From contig JBLDXI010000024.1 of assembly GCA_047495785.1 (NCBI GenBank), positions 3,782,001 to 3,846,000 on the forward strand: DNA of 64,000 nt. The letters run 5' to 3'. Origin of the DNA: Lepidodermella squamata. Lineage: Eukaryota > Animalia > Gastrotricha. Positions 24,404 to 38,259 of this stretch are shown one piece after another. Numbering within the stretch: the stretch's first letter is position 1; each line of letters opens with the position of its first letter. The notes below the pieces were generated by a model. That model had not been told where the DNA came from and searched no databases. It saw only the letters and a list, made by a program, of their open reading frames with translations. The position numbers and the translations under genes are program-made.

Positions 24404-27400
24404 TCAGCCGTAATGCGACGTCCTTGTCTCGCCGGCGTCGTCCGACCGGCGGTGGCGCACGCCGATCATAAATAGGAAAGCTTCCCTGAACGGCCGGTTC
24501 ATGATGAAGCACAAGCTTGACTGGACCGGAAACGTCAACAGGTACAAAATGTTGAGAATTTTCAGCGTCAAATCGAAGCCATAAGCCGCTTCTTCAGATG
24601 TGACGACCAGCCCGAGGCCAGAAAGAATTCCCCAAACAAAGACAAACTGGAAAAAATGAAGGCTCGAGATCAAAATTTCATAAAAAAAAGTTAAATTTTT
24701 AATTTTTAAAATTTTAAGATTTAATCACATTTTAATTTTTAATTTTTAATTCCAATTAAATTTTTTATTTTAAAATTAAAATTTAATTTAAGATGAAATC
24801 GAATTTCGGAAAATTAATTCGGAAAATCCTAAAATTGCGAATTTTGACTTCAAATCAAGACGATTTTGTGACTCACAGCTTGCGGCAGTTGAACTGAAAG
24901 AAACACAGACATGATGACGATGAGCATGGAGGTAATCGAGTACTCCTTCGATTCGCGATTCAACGGCCCGCCGACGCTGTTGCTGCGCCCGTATCCCGAG
25001 CCCGTGCGGGCGCTGACGACACTGGAGCCGGCGATCGACGACGTGCGAGTTGACGCGTCCATTCGCCGCAGGCCGGCGCTGATTGTCCGGCCGAGAGCTT
25101 GCACCGCCCGGCCGAAGGGCGTCGCAGCCGCCATGGTGCTGCGAGCGGGAGCCATCGCGATGTTATCACCCGGGTGATCCGGGCGCCCGCCGCCGCCGGT
25201 TGATGACATTGACGATAGCTGGGTGGTACCGAGGCGGGGCCTTGAATGCGTGTTATTCACAGCGTCGCCCATCGACTCGGCGGTATAGCGTAGGTAGTCA
25301 CCTTGAGGCACCCTACAAAAATAGTAAAATTTAGTTCCAGCACTAAATTTCCCAGATTCTTTGCGATTTCGGCGTTTTCGTTTTTTGATCGCCCTCCCTG
25401 GACCTAGGATTTTTTATTTTAGCTACCAAGTGCCCTAAGCTACCCAGAAAAATTATCGATGTTGGGTTCCTCAACTGCTGATATCGGAAAATCACTGATT
25501 TGTAAAATCGATATTTGGAATCGATATGGGCTCTGAAGGCTGAAATATAATTCGCAAACTGACCGCTTATCGCGCACAGAACGCGCCTTATGAAGATCTA
25601 TCAATTAGGAACGATATCAAAAACTTAAGATTCTAGTGAAATTCGAAAAATTATGTATAGTGGAAATCTAGTGCTGAAGTCTCAGAAGTAGCGCTGGAAC
25701 CCTAAATTTAGGGTGCGCACTTGCCACACCCTTCGCAAAATGGATGCATGAAATTGAAAAACATTCCGAAAAGGTATTTTCCACAAGAAGTACAGCCAGA
25801 AGTAACGCAAGCAAAGAAAATGCACGGAAAAGTTCAGAAACTCTAAAATGAGAGGGGGAATTCATATCTCATGACCAGAAAAATGTTAAAAAATTTAAAA
25901 AAAATCACAAGAATAGTAATCATGTATGCCACTTTTATGGGGTTAAAAATTCCGGAGTAATTTGGTCCAACCGGGTAAAATACTGAAAATTACCGAACCA
26001 GCTACCATCGGGGTTTTCCGGTTTTTTTATCTCTTTCGTTTTCTCTCGGTAGGTTTAAAATAATTAAAATAGTTGAATTTCCTAAAACAAATTTGTCAAA
26101 TTAAATGCGCAACTTCTGGGACACGCTATAAGACCTAAAATAAATAAAAAAATCTTACTGGTTATTCGATGAATGTGAATCAATGCCGGATGAAAACACG
26201 TCATCGGACGATCTGTTCGTCGGCCGGCGCATCATGACGTGCCGCTCGGCGATGGCGTCCAGCAGCGCCTCGTCGACGCGCCCGTCAGTCGGCGTCTCCG
26301 CAAACACCGCCGGCTGCAGCTGCCGCGCGTCTTCGATGTCGATCGACCCGGCGCCGCACGCGCCGATTTCGGCTAGCGTCGGCCGCCGCGGCGCCGTCAT
26401 GCTAATGCTGGGCTTGCCGCCGCCTTCGGGCAGCGGTGACTGCACCTCGGCCGAGGACGAGCCGTCCATTTTCAGGCCCATCGTTACCGTTCGGGTGGTC
26501 GACGCCACGGCTTTCGATAGGCTGTTGGGTTTCAGCAGTTTTCGGCGCCGTTTGTTGGCGACGCGAATTTCTAGAATGAGGGAAACTGTCGCGAATGTGA
26601 CGAGGCAGCACGGCAGCAGGTGGATGAATATTGCACGGATGACGTAGTACGTCGCGTAGATGCTTGTCGACACGTGACGCGCTAACGCTTCGTTAAATCT
26701 GGAAAAAAAGTTCAACAAAATCTTAATATAAAATCCCCGATTGCGATGCAAAATCGAAAATTGATTGATTGATTTTTCCTTTATCGAATCCAAATTTTAT
26801 CCAAATTATCCAGAAAATATTACCTTTCATCAAGATTGAATCTAGCGGAACGAAATTCCAAGCAAATTAAATTTATGCAGATTTATGCAAATTAATCATG
26901 AAATGTGATGGAAATTGCTGGAAAATGATTGAAAATTTCAATAAATTTGGCAGAAATTACTGTTCAAATGAGGCAGCTGAAATTTCGCTGCTCACTAGTC
27001 ATTGAGAATTTCCTGAGAATTCGTATAAAACTAAAACCCCCATCCAAAACTATAATTTCCGAATAATTCAAATTATCGATTGGAATAATGAATCGGCATT
27101 TTCAATTTTTTTACGGTTTTACATGAATTTTCCCATTTTGTTTTAATTTGTACAAAGATTCCGAAAATCGCCATATTAACCAGAAACGCCAAGTTTATTT
27201 ATAGGGATAGCAGCCAAAAATCGAACAATTTCAGTAAAATTCATAAAATTAGATCAAAATCAAACGATAGAGAGATTCAAATTAAAATTCAACTCGAAAA
27301 ATCCAAATGATATGAAGATAAAGGAACAAAATTTTCAAACTAGCCCGAAACAGAACGGTATTCAAAAAATCTGAAAAATTGGGTGTTTTTCCTCGAACTT

Positions 27401-30400
27401 ACAGGGCTTCGAAACTTGATTAGAAATAATTTCGTCCAATAAATCGAGGCGAGAATCGTTAAAATGTTCGGCAATTTCTTACCTGCTACCCAGCCAGCAC
27501 GTGTCGACCTGACCTTCAAGATACTCATCGCCGCCAACGGCCGAAAACTCCTCGGCCGACGTCGAGAAAGTCGGCTCGACAGGCGCCGTCGGTGTCACGA
27601 AAATCGAACTCGACATGAGCAAATCCGGCTGCGTGCTCAAAAACTCGGCCATGATGCCGCTGGTCGGCAGCGTGAGGCTTTCCTCGGACGACGTTTGCAT
27701 GTCGTCGTAAGACTCGGACGTTTCGCTTTCGTACAGAAAATTGGCCTGGTAAGCGGCCCAGTTGGCGGGGCACGTCAACGCGACCGGGTACCGGTCGATC
27801 AGCTGGATCGAGTGGATGAGAACAGATGAGACTAGGATGATCACTATGCATGTATTTGTTCGGTTTTGAGCCACTGAAACGGCGAATGCTCGCAGCCGAC
27901 TCGCGCCTGATTCCATTCGTTTACACACGATCAGGTACCTAGAAACGACAAAAAATATGAAAAAAATTTGTATAAGTAATCAGTTTTTCAAAATAAATTT
28001 GGAAGAATTTCCTAGAGATAACAAGCCAATTGAGACATTACTCAGAATATTTACAATTTTACTGATTAAATTTCAAATTCACCGCAAAAACTGATGATAG
28101 ATGATTTTTTAGTAAATTTTGGTATTTTTCCGATTCGGACAGAATTTTGCGGAATTTTTCATTAAACCTGAAAATTTGAAATCGCCTCGGATTTCTGCGA
28201 TCTACAGCGTGTTTCATAGGTAACGCAAACAAAGGAAATGCACGGATAAGGAATCAGTAACTCTACAATGAGAAGGGAAGTCATATCTCATGGCCCGGAA
28301 AATCCAAAACGCCACAATAATAGAAATCAAGTTTGTCTCTTGTGAATGGAATTAAAAAATCCGAAGAAATTTGATCGAACCAGGTAAAATCCGAAAATTA
28401 CCGAACCAGTTACCATCGGGGTTCTCCGGTAAATTTTCAATTTCTTTGGTAAAATCGTGGATAAAAGATGGAAGGTTACCCCGCAGTGGGCTTAATTTCA
28501 AAAAATTAGTTTAATTTCCTTTGAATTTTTTTGAAATTACAAAATGGTTGCTCAACTTATGGGACACGCTGTAATTCTCTATCAGTACTTTTTTCGACAC
28601 AGTTTACAAGTTCAGCTCGCCCTGCAAAATTTGAACCTTGAATTCGACTAGTTTTTATAGCTCTCCGAAGGGTTCAGTCTAAGTTTTAGATTTTAGGTCT
28701 GGGTGATATATTTTTTTAGCATCTATTATCTTTAGTTAATGAGCTATGGTTTGTTTCTCAGAGCCTTAATTTCAATGTCACGAATCGAATTATTCGGGAC
28801 TTCACGAGTTGTCGCTCGGACTAGAGCACAAAAATATCTGTCATGTTAAGGAAAATTTCATTTAAATTCCGACACTTGTCGATTCGATGCCACTGACTTT
28901 AACAATAAAAATCACTCAATCGTAGTGGGACGGGCAACTGAGCGGCTTCCGTTGAGCAGTCACGGAAGGTTTGCCGATAAAATGAAATTTTCGAAAATTA
29001 TCCCATAACTTAGGGACCTGTTATTCCATGTCCCGAAATAGGTTTTAGAGACGTGCATTCTACACATCCATGTCAGCTTTTGGGCTATCCAACAAAATCT
29101 AAGAAATTCCGGGTTCTGGGTTGGAAGTATTCCTGCAGGCATCCTTTCTTCAAGCCATGAAAAAATTGAAATAAATTGATTTCTTATGATTCTACTAACC
29201 GTTGAACAGCTAGAAACGTGAACAGCCATATCGAGGCGGTGTTGCTGATGGTTGGCACGAGGCGCATGATGAGCTGGCGCAGGTAGCACGTGGCGAAGGG
29301 CAGATAGGCGCGGAAGTACTGCATCGTGTAGAAGTAGATGCAGAAGGGCAGCGGCACGCCGGCCGTTGTCATGTCAACGGCGAATATGAACAGCAGCACG
29401 ACGTGGGACGGCGAGCGGCGGAAAGACTTGTGCATGAGAACGGCGATCGCGCACGAGTTGACGAGCAGCGTGATGAAGGAGAGCGCGGGCGCGAACCAGC
29501 CCATCAGCAGCCGCTCCAGCGAGTCCACTTGCACGGTCGCGTACCATACCTACATTATTTAAACGGCGTTTAGACGCATGCGTAACATCGAGGATAAATA
29601 TTAGTACAAAAATTGCCGGAAATCGGCAAAAATAAGTAGCCAATATTTTTATTAATTTTTCTAAATTAGAAAAAATGTCTGCAAATCCTACATTTAGGGT
29701 TCCTGAAATTAAATTGTAGGATCTAACGCTAGATTTTCCCACAATATTAGAATTTCTCCAAGTTCGCGTTTTCTATAAAATTCCAACTTTTTCGTTATCG
29801 GCGGTCAGTTTGCGAGAGCCGATATCGATTTCAATTATCGATTTTAAAAATTATTGATTTTTTTGACGGTATTTTTAGCAGCCTGGGAAGCAGACGTAAA
29901 AAATATTTCTATAAATGCCATTTCCGTTTATACAAAATTGCCTTTATTGGATAAGAAACTACACAGTCGTAAAAGCGAAAAATCTAAAAATATTTCAAAT
30001 CGCTTCAATTTAGTGATAGAAGCTTCGATTTTATTGATTGAAAATAATTCGATCAATCACAACCTATTTTCCCACAAAACTCACAGAATAACTAACCGTT
30101 TTCGAATCATGAATTATTTTAAATTTTGCTATGCTCCTGAAATTCACCGCAATTTTTTAGCTAAACAATACAGAAAATTAGCGAAAACTCCCTGACTGAT
30201 TTTGCAACTTTAAAGAATTCACAGGAAAATTTTTAGGACCCAGGCTCGAATTTTCCATTCCAAGCGGCACTACGGTTTTGAATATTAGAAGCTTAATTTT
30301 TTTCTCGCAAAATTTTTCCGCTGCCAATCGGCCTTGTTCGCCTGAAACATAGCGGGATTTCCGAAGTCCCAAATTCGGAAAAAAAATCAGCATCCAGATT

Positions 30401-30635
30401 TTAAAGAGTTCATGAACGTGATGAGCTATGAGCTAAAAAATGGGATTTGTAAAAAAATTACCTGGCGACACTGCATGAGCTCTTCCTGCGAGTATTGCGG
30501 TTGTGATTTCGGCGCCAGAGTGGAGGCGGATCGCGTTCTGATCGCGTGATCATCGCCCAGCGTGAAGCTATCGTTGTAAAACACCGTCTCAACGTGGCCT
30601 GCCTGCGAATCCACGGCGTAAATCGGCGTGGTCAT
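24404..30635 (-). CDS. Class A peptide GPCR, sex-peptide/MIP(allatostatin-B) receptor-like; exons approx 30635-30462, 29549-29200, 27937-27483, 26698-26158, 25312-24883, 24647-24404
   Basis: TM1 ..TLLVNSCAIAVL, TM2 SPSHVVLL..AVD..P.P, TM3 NTASIWL..LAVQRYLIVC, TM5 RAIFIHLLPC, TM6 MLIVIMSVFLSVQLPQA, TM7 N..YLLTFP....CFIMNRPFREAF. Confidence 0.85.
25445..25710. repeat. Intronic repeat with an inverted, diverged copy at about 29690-29910
   Basis: Shared blocks (aaaatcgat..aatcgatat.ggctct..cgcaaactgaccgc..aaatctag.g..ggaaccctaaat) occur reverse-complemented at 29690-29910. Confidence 0.5.
25791..26130 (+). mobile_element. MITE copy (same family as 28205)
   Basis: Left end tacagc..aagtaacgcaa, internal atatctcatg and accgaaccag.taccatcggg, right end gcgcaacttctgggacacgctata. 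Confidence 0.75.
28205..28571 (+). mobile_element. Tc1/mariner-type MITE, ~367 bp, TA target duplication
   Basis: TA|CAGCGTGTTTCATAGGTAACGCAA ... TTGCTCAACTTATGGGACACGCTG|TA, imperfect ~24 bp terminal inverted repeats; three copies in the window. Confidence 0.8.
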
Positions 30636-33560
30636 TCGACTCAGCAATCGCAGCCAACAGCTAGCACACAACAGCGCATAGATGACGCCAAGTCAACATT
30701 ATATCTTCGATATTTTAATTTTCTGAGCAAAATAAACTAGATAATAATGATAATATCAATGATTATGGAATACTGAATGAAAATTTCAGGTTCATTATTA
30801 GCCTGTGTAGAAAGATTATCAGATATTTTAACACTGGTGTATGTGATAGTTGCTTATTCAAGGTCGATTTTTTTTAATTAATCAGAGGGAATTCCTCGCC
30901 TAAACAACTGAAAATTTCGAATTTTGAAGAGCCTGAGTAGTTGTACCAAGTTCGAGCATTCAGCGAAGCAATTTTTACATTTTTTATAGCATTTTAGTCT
31001 CGTCATTTATTTGATCGGTAATGATGCACCCTGTAAACCAGGTAAAGTTAGGGCTGGAGCCTGGAGCTCAATATATAGCGCTAGAGCCCTGAATAAACGT
31101 TGTGCACCTGGCACACCCTCTTGCGGCGCACGTAAACTGTACAAAATTGTTTTTTTTTAATAATATCAGCGGACTGCGACCTAATTATGGCCATAGACGC
31201 GCGTTAAAATTTCTAAATCTAGCGTGTTGTTTGAGCGAAAATAGCGCATTATTTCTAGAGCCAGGCGAGTATCATCAAATTTGATACAGTGGCGGTAACG
31301 AAATGTCTATAGAATTGGACATTCAATTATTTGGTTGTCATGAATAAAAAAATAAACTGAAATGTTGAGAAATCTTTCTGGGATCTAGTTAAATATTCAA
31401 AACGCAAATTTGAACCCGCGAAAAGTAAAACCGAATGAGAAATGTTTCAACTAATAAAGAAAGCTAACTCAACTAGTAATCAGCTTTTTTCTCCCCAGGT
31501 AAACGCTAATTAATAGGCGAATCGATATCGAGTGACTGGAAAACTGTGGCTTTAATCTAGTAGTAGGAAGAATGCCGGACTTCCGTTGACAGCAAGTTCG
31601 ACAACTTGGCCTCATTTATTTCGATCGAGGTCGCGAAATCACTACGTAAAGTCAATTTTGAAAGCGTTTAATTCTGCTTTCATCGGAGAAAAACAGAACT
31701 CCTAAGAGTCTATCGAGCTTGAATAATCATGCATAAGCAACCTAGCTCGCATTTTCATCAACCTAATCCTAACGTTAGCAAATTGGAATAGAGATTTTGC
31801 TCGGAGATGGGTAAAACGGAGTTAACTATATTCCGTGATTTAAGGTGAGGTTGCAGATCTACAATGTCGACGAATGCGAGATTGATTATATAGCATTTAA
31901 TGCTCGCGAGCATTCCTAAAATTCAATCAAGTCTGTGTACCGTTTTCTAGCGACGTACGAGGAATTATTCACAGACAATAATTTTAATCAAGTTATACGG
32001 CGGCGTTGAAAATGCGCCATGTTGTAGAAAATTTGCGGGACAAAAGCTTGCTCATCGCATGTTAAAACCGACATAATCGCATGCAAAATTATCGCACGGA
32101 CTCCCGATGCGGATGTGTCTATTCAGTGTTATCCCTTACTTCGCATGTTGTCACTTTTAAAGTTACTCATCATCAATTTGCGAACTATGTATCCTTTAAA
32201 AAATAGAGCATCAAGTACGACATTCTTCGTAGCATATCCTCCAACGGGGACCTGGAATTTTGAATGCAATATTTTTTAAATGGCTATTCGATGATAGCTT
32301 AATATTCGTCTAACACTTAATTTAATCGGAGAAATTTTTCCAAAGAAAAATATTCATAAGAATTTCGTTAAATTTGCTGTTCCATGTTTCTGATGTCTGT
32401 TTACTTGTATTTGGCAATAATAATATAATTCGTTTGGCTAGGACAATAATTGCGGGATAATTATCCGTCTAACCTGAATACCTTTGCAGCCTAGTCTTTC
32501 AGCAAACGTCTGGCGTCTCTGCCTATCATAAAAAAAATTGGCTTATTCCAGATGAATTTATCCGAAACTAGTTAGCGTCGTCTTAAGGTCGTTGACCCGG
32601 GAGCTATTCGTCGAAAAATTAATTCTACACGAGGTAGACCTTGTCTTTCAGTACCGTAGTGATGGGTAACTTTGGACAATATCGTGTTTTCGAAGGCTCA
32701 GACTATTCAGAAATTTGAAAAGAAGTTGTGCAAGGTGATTCCTGAATTTAACTTCGTAAAAATTAAAAACAAATTAGTGATTTCACTTATTTCACCCAAT
32801 TTTAGGCAATAGCCGAGAATTTCTGACGCTAATTTGCACATGGGCCTCGCGAGTTTCAAAACTTGAAATTTAAATTTGGGTCGACTATCGAAAAGTTTGA
32901 AAGAACAGATTGCGCTTCATTTTGAACTACCGTAATACCGAAATAAAGGGCAGGTCCCTTTTATCAATATCCCCAGTGCTTACGGAAATACTCTGAATTC
33001 ATGATTTTTGGAAATTAATCGACAAATGGAAACGGAAAAGGGTTTAGCTGAGCCTCAAGCACCCATTGAAACTAGTAGGAGCTCTTTTGATAGGTTGCCA
33101 AATATTCCAAGTGACATGTCAGTTTTCGGATGAAATAAGACATTAGTCTGATAAAAGAAGACAAGTACGACCGATGATAACCGGTTTTCTCTGAAAAATT
33201 AGTCAGCCGGAAAGCAAGAAATGTCTGATTATGTCAACTATAACCATGCGTACCTTAATAGTACATCCTCTTTTCATATCACAGGTTGATCTTATACTTA
33301 TCCAAGTGTCCAGTTCAGAACTGCACAGAATATATTCCTAAAAATTATGAATACAATTTCTGAAATCCAGAAATTCATAAAATCGCAAAAAAAAATCAGG
33401 TGAAATTTGTTGAAATTGCTAACATTTGCATATAAATCGTAAATAATATTGGTATTGTATCATATTGGTGGTCTGCGATACAAAAATTATAGGAGGTAAG
33501 GTTGCCTTAAAGATAATTTAGAAATAATTTGAATTTCCCAATATAATTACTAGGTTGATA

Positions 33561-33789
33561 TATCGCGAGGTGGGCGACAGAACGACCTGGCTAAAAATGG
33601 CGTAATACTTTTGATGTGTAGAAAAAACTGGCGCACTGTTTTTCCGCCCCGCCAATAACTTCGTGGAGATCATAGATAAATAAATATAGTATTTTTATTT
33701 TTTATTTATCTATGGTGGAGATGCAGCAAATAGTTTCACGCCATTTGTTTCTATATTAAGCAGGTCGTTCTGTCGCCCACCCCGCGATA
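33561..33789. mobile_element. ~230 bp foldback element/MITE carrying a nested short insert
   Basis: TATCGCGAGGTGGGCGACAGAACGACCTG versus CAGGTCGTTCTGTCGCCCACCCCGCGATA (~29 bp inverted repeat, 1 mismatch). Confidence 0.75.
33663..33722. mobile_element. 44 bp CATAG...CTATG insert with perfect 8-bp target duplication (GTGGAGAT); probable DNA-transposon excision footprint
   Basis: GTGGAGAT|CATAGATAAATAAA....TTTATTTATCTATG|GTGGAGAT. Confidence 0.8.
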
Positions 33790-35548
33790 AAATATAGGAT
33801 ATTGATTGTTGGAATAGAGGAGGTGGTGATATACGATTCGGATATTATCCTTAAGGGCTTGTGAAGCGATTTCAATACCAGTGTTGCCGTTGATTTAGCA
33901 ATAAAGAAGAAGCTTTTTATGGCTTCTGTTCTTAGGAATCCACGGGCACCAATATGTAGATCATTTACTTCGATCGAATCAAGGTTATATGCTTTGCAAA
34001 ACAAATTGCTACACGGCTCATAAACTAAGGTCTAATAAAATCCTTAAGATAAAGTTATCCTGCCAACAAATATGGTCCATTTTCAACTACCTAAACAATA
34101 TCTGTACAAATATTTCTGGTAAAAAAAATGTTCGATTCTTTGATGCTGCTAGTCGCAGGAGAAAAATTAGGAGAAGACTTTCAATTTATCTAGGATCTTG
34201 GTAATTTTCTTATATTATTAAATAATTGAGCTCGATACGGCGGGAAACTATAATACTGGCCAAATTTTTCCCGAATGTCGCTTCATTTCAATGTAATATC
34301 ATAAAAAAATTAGTTCATAACAGAATACAAAAATCTACCAACGCGCAATTATGACGATCAGACAGCGCGAAATTGAGCGAAAAAAATTTACTGATAATAC
34401 CATAAAGTCAGTCTATTAAAAATTGAATGAACCGGAACACGCGCATGCATAAGTAACAGCTGGTAAAGTGCATCCCACTAATAATTTGATAACTGCCGAT
34501 GTCGGCCCGCGAGACCGCCGGCTGTTTTTCGCCCCGTTCCCCCGGGTTCGTGTGGATGATGAAAGCGAAAGAGCTATTCGCTCCGAAAAAAGTAATAATA
34601 ACTGGACTGTAGGCAGCTGTAAACTGCTGTGATTTCGACAATAGGCTCTCAAAACTCCTACATACTCGTGTAATATTACGGGCCGGTGAAAATTCAAAAT
34701 ACAGCTGTCCATGGTGGAAAATTGAATAATCAGATTTCTTATATGTTGCTACGGCGAAAAATCGGCGCCATCTAAATTTTATTATAGGTATCAAGCAATC
34801 ATCTACCGATGAGGAAAAGAACCTGATTAGGTGTATGATGTAGAAAAATCGCAACTAGTCCAGCATGCTGTAATTTATTATATTTATTTTCTCCGCCATT
34901 TCCGCGTCATTCGAAGGCAGGAAAAAATGGTCAGTACCAATTTTATACACGAGCGGCGAATAACAATAACTTAATGCGCTTATTTCTACTTCCGCAGTGC
35001 CGATAAAATAGCGATGATTGCAGGTAAAGCAGTGCGCTATTCATTCAAGTTTCTTTGCTGCGTAGAGTGAGAGTGAAAAAAATAAATCTTGTTTTAATGC
35101 ATCCGCGATCAATTTTATCACAAGTCGGTCATAAATTATGAATATCAGATATTTGAATGTTCTGCGCGAGAGCCATTTAGAAAAAATAAATACTGCTTTC
35201 ACGTGTCATTAAATTTTCAGCTGTTTATTCGGCCTAGAAAATGAATATGGAAAAGAAAATCAATGTTTTTCAAAGCGATTTAAAACCGGTAATTCTCGTT
35301 TATTATTGTCTTGGCGCATGTAGATAAAAACTATTATACTTTGTATAAAAATCAACAGAGAGAGATTATAGGCAGCAGTAGAGAGTAACAACAAAGTGAC
35401 TTTGAAAACACAACGACGATTTGCACGGGATGTAAGTTGTAAAATGGCTAAAAATACAGTCGAGATTCGATTCAACAGTCAAAGGTATATCATTTTTGTT
35501 TGAGGTATTCAGTTTGATTTGATTCAAGTTGCCCAAGTCATAATTCGC

Positions 35549-36011
35549 TCATTCTTCTTTAGTAAAATGGGGAGCGAGATGTACGAAAATCGACGGCGTG
35601 GTGCTTGAAGGAAATAGAGATTCGTCGTGGCGAGCCTGAAACCAGTCATAGAACTGCTTCAGACCAACAGCGAGCAAGACGATAGCCACAACTAAGCACG
35701 TAAAAATGGCTACGGCTAAAACAATGACCACAGGCTGCGGTAAACATTAAAAAATGAATAAATAAATTATCGGTCGCGGCAGTATTTACCTGGCTAAACA
35801 GTTCTTGACGTTTCGCGACGACCCGGCTAAGCATGCAGGAAGGCTGCCGGGCATTTGCTAGGTGGTCGCTTTGATTGCTTTCGGTACAGATGCAGCATTG
35901 GTCGCTTTCACTTCTGGCTATTGGAACGGAAAGAGTGGTCCCAGTCGAATGGCCACTTTCGCTAGCTATGTTGAGAGTCGAAACGTCAGTTTCTCTTTCC
36001 ATTCGCATCAT
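35549..36011 (-). CDS. Small single-pass membrane protein, unknown function (2 exons, intron about 35738-35789)
   Basis: ORF 36011 joins via gtaaat..ccgcag to the ORF encoding hydrophobic VVIVLAVAIFTCLVVAIVLLAVGL; CCIC cluster N-terminal to the TM. Confidence 0.55.
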
Positions 36012-36923
36012 AATAATCGCCTAAATTCAGATCAAATGAGTGCATTATGCATCAAATTCTTCTTGCATCAACTGATCCAAGCTCAACGTGCAACAGTTAG
36101 CTGATATTTTTATAATTATTCATCCATTTTATCGGTTGTAAACCAGCTTAATATGTTTGCAAGTAGAATCAACCTAACGGAAAGCTACAATTAAGCAAAA
36201 TTTTCGCATTACGTTGGCTATAATGCGTCACTTTTGCTTCAATGTAAGTTTAAAGACGCCCATCGCATCATAGAGAGCAACTGAGACAACTGCTCGGCTT
36301 TTTCTTCGCCAAAGAAATGCTCGACATGAACGATGTGACTCGTTCCCTCGCCAAGTATTGCAGAAATTCGATAATTCTTAACATTTCAATCATGAGACTG
36401 TTTTGACACATTTGAAAGTTAAGGCATGCAACAGATTAGCGCAATTCAAAAGAGATCTTAATAGCGTGACTCGTCGATGGCACCAAACTATCTTTTGACT
36501 TGATTTACTGTGGCCAACTGTGGCTCGTCCACAGAGGCGAGTTTCAAAGTTAAGGAATACGTGTTTATGATAATTATGATTATGATAAGATGCACAACAG
36601 GCCAACGGATGGATGGATGAATGGAAAATGGACGGATGGGTGTTGGACCTTGACACATATTCTGGTGACAGGGCTTGACAAGTTAGACCAATCACTCATA
36701 ATTCGGTATTAGGCGCAGAGATGGCACAATGGGATACAAAACCAATTATACAAATATATCTATGATCTGTTTGGCCCATTCAGACACCTGCTGCGAACTT
36801 TGATGAGGCATTGCTGCAAGTCGGCGGCTTTACGATAGGCTTTCGAGCTGGCACTTGTACGAGCACTTCTATACAATTTGTAGGGACACATACTACCGAT
36901 AGTTCTTACAGACATTTCCAATA

Positions 36924-37046
36924 CACTGTGGCTAAAGTAACGCGTCTCTGGTTTTTAGGCGTTACTTTTGCCGAAATAGCGCGATACTTCAAGGTTTTTT
37001 CAGTAACGCACTACTTGGAGTAGAACGCGTTACTTTTGCCACAATG
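36924..37046. mobile_element. 123 bp MITE, TA-flanked
   Basis: TA|CACTGTGGCTAAAGTAACGCGT ... ACGCGTTACTTTTGCCACAATG|TA (22 bp inverted repeat, 2 mismatches). Confidence 0.7.
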
Positions 37047-37707
37047 TAGCGAGAGCTCCACAACAAGGGCGAAAAGAAAAACAGGTGAAGGAAGCGGTGT
37101 AAGTCGGAAGGAAAAAACCACGTGCGCGACCAGCTGATCGATCGACCTTGGGTTTTTCGAAAATTCGCGGTTATTACATAATCTTGCAACAATACTGATT
37201 ATTTTAAAATGTAGCTTTACAACACATATTCAACAGTCATAGGACAATTCGGTCAAAACCACATTAATTTTGGCGCGTTAGTTTTTGCCGCTGGATGCTT
37301 TTTGTCTCTTTTTTTCGCTGAGTTTTATCGTTGAAACCCTGGTTTGAACCCGCTTGAGTTTCGTGCCTAGCTTCTTTTGTGTCCTCCGTAGAACAATGCT
37401 AACATGCCGTCACGCTCGTAAAATACGATCCAGATAATGACGGAAGGTTATATTTAGCTGATGACAGGCTATTTTTGTATCTCTTAATTGCTCGAAACGT
37501 GAGTTCTATTCCCCTTCAGGTGAAGGTAAACCCACGCGCGAAGCGTGCTAAATGCTAAATAACCAAACTCGCAATTAAAATCTCTCGTTTATGCATGCTG
37601 TTATGACCGCCTGTATTTCGACGCGCTTTAAATAATAGCTCTGTGTTGAACTTATGAATTTTTTGTCTGGGCCAGGGTTATAACGCTAGCGTACTTATTT
37701 GTGCTAA

Positions 37708-38086
37708 ATGGCGGCGAATACTTTGATTGGAGATCCTGAACGCGGCAAGCAAGTTTTCATGAAAGCTTGTGCCCACTGCCACTCCATTGAGCTAGGTGGC
37801 AGAACAATTTTCGGCCCAAATTTATTTGGAATGTATGGCAAGAAAGCCGGATCGGTCGAAGGCTATAATTACACGCAAGGGCACAAAAATCTTGATTTGA
37901 CATGGAACAAGCAGTTATTAGACATCTACTTGGAAGGTAAATTGTGTAACTTATGACGATGCAAGCACTAAATATATGAAATCAGATCCTTATAAAATGG
38001 TGCCTGATACCAAGAAACATTATCATGGTCTCAAAAACGAACACGACCGCGCCGACGTCATCGCTTACATGGAACAAAAGAAGTGA
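37708..38086 (+). CDS. Divergent cytochrome c paralogue 1 (109 aa; exons 37708-37936, 37986-38086); Lys at the Met80 position
   Basis: GDPERGKQVF..CAHCH, GPNLFG..GKKAG, W59, YLE, D-P-Y-K-M-V-P-D-T-K-K-H-Y-H-G, RADVIAYM; 49-nt GT-AG intron keeps the frame. Confidence 0.92.
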
Positions 38087-38259
38087 TTCTGTTGTAACTT
38101 GTCGTTCTCACTTTCATATCAACCATAGCTCACCAATAGGGGTTACGGTCATTACGTCGTGCTTTGAAACGCCCACTCGATTCGATTTGAATCGGCCTAA
38201 GGTTCTCAATTGAATAAATTATTGTGATTTCATAGGCATTTAAAGTATACTTTTGCTAA

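Noticed and set aside
30700-35500. Long ORF-poor region upstream of the GPCR
   Set aside because: AT-rich, short ORFs lack protein-like features; most likely regulatory/UTR-intron sequence with MITEs
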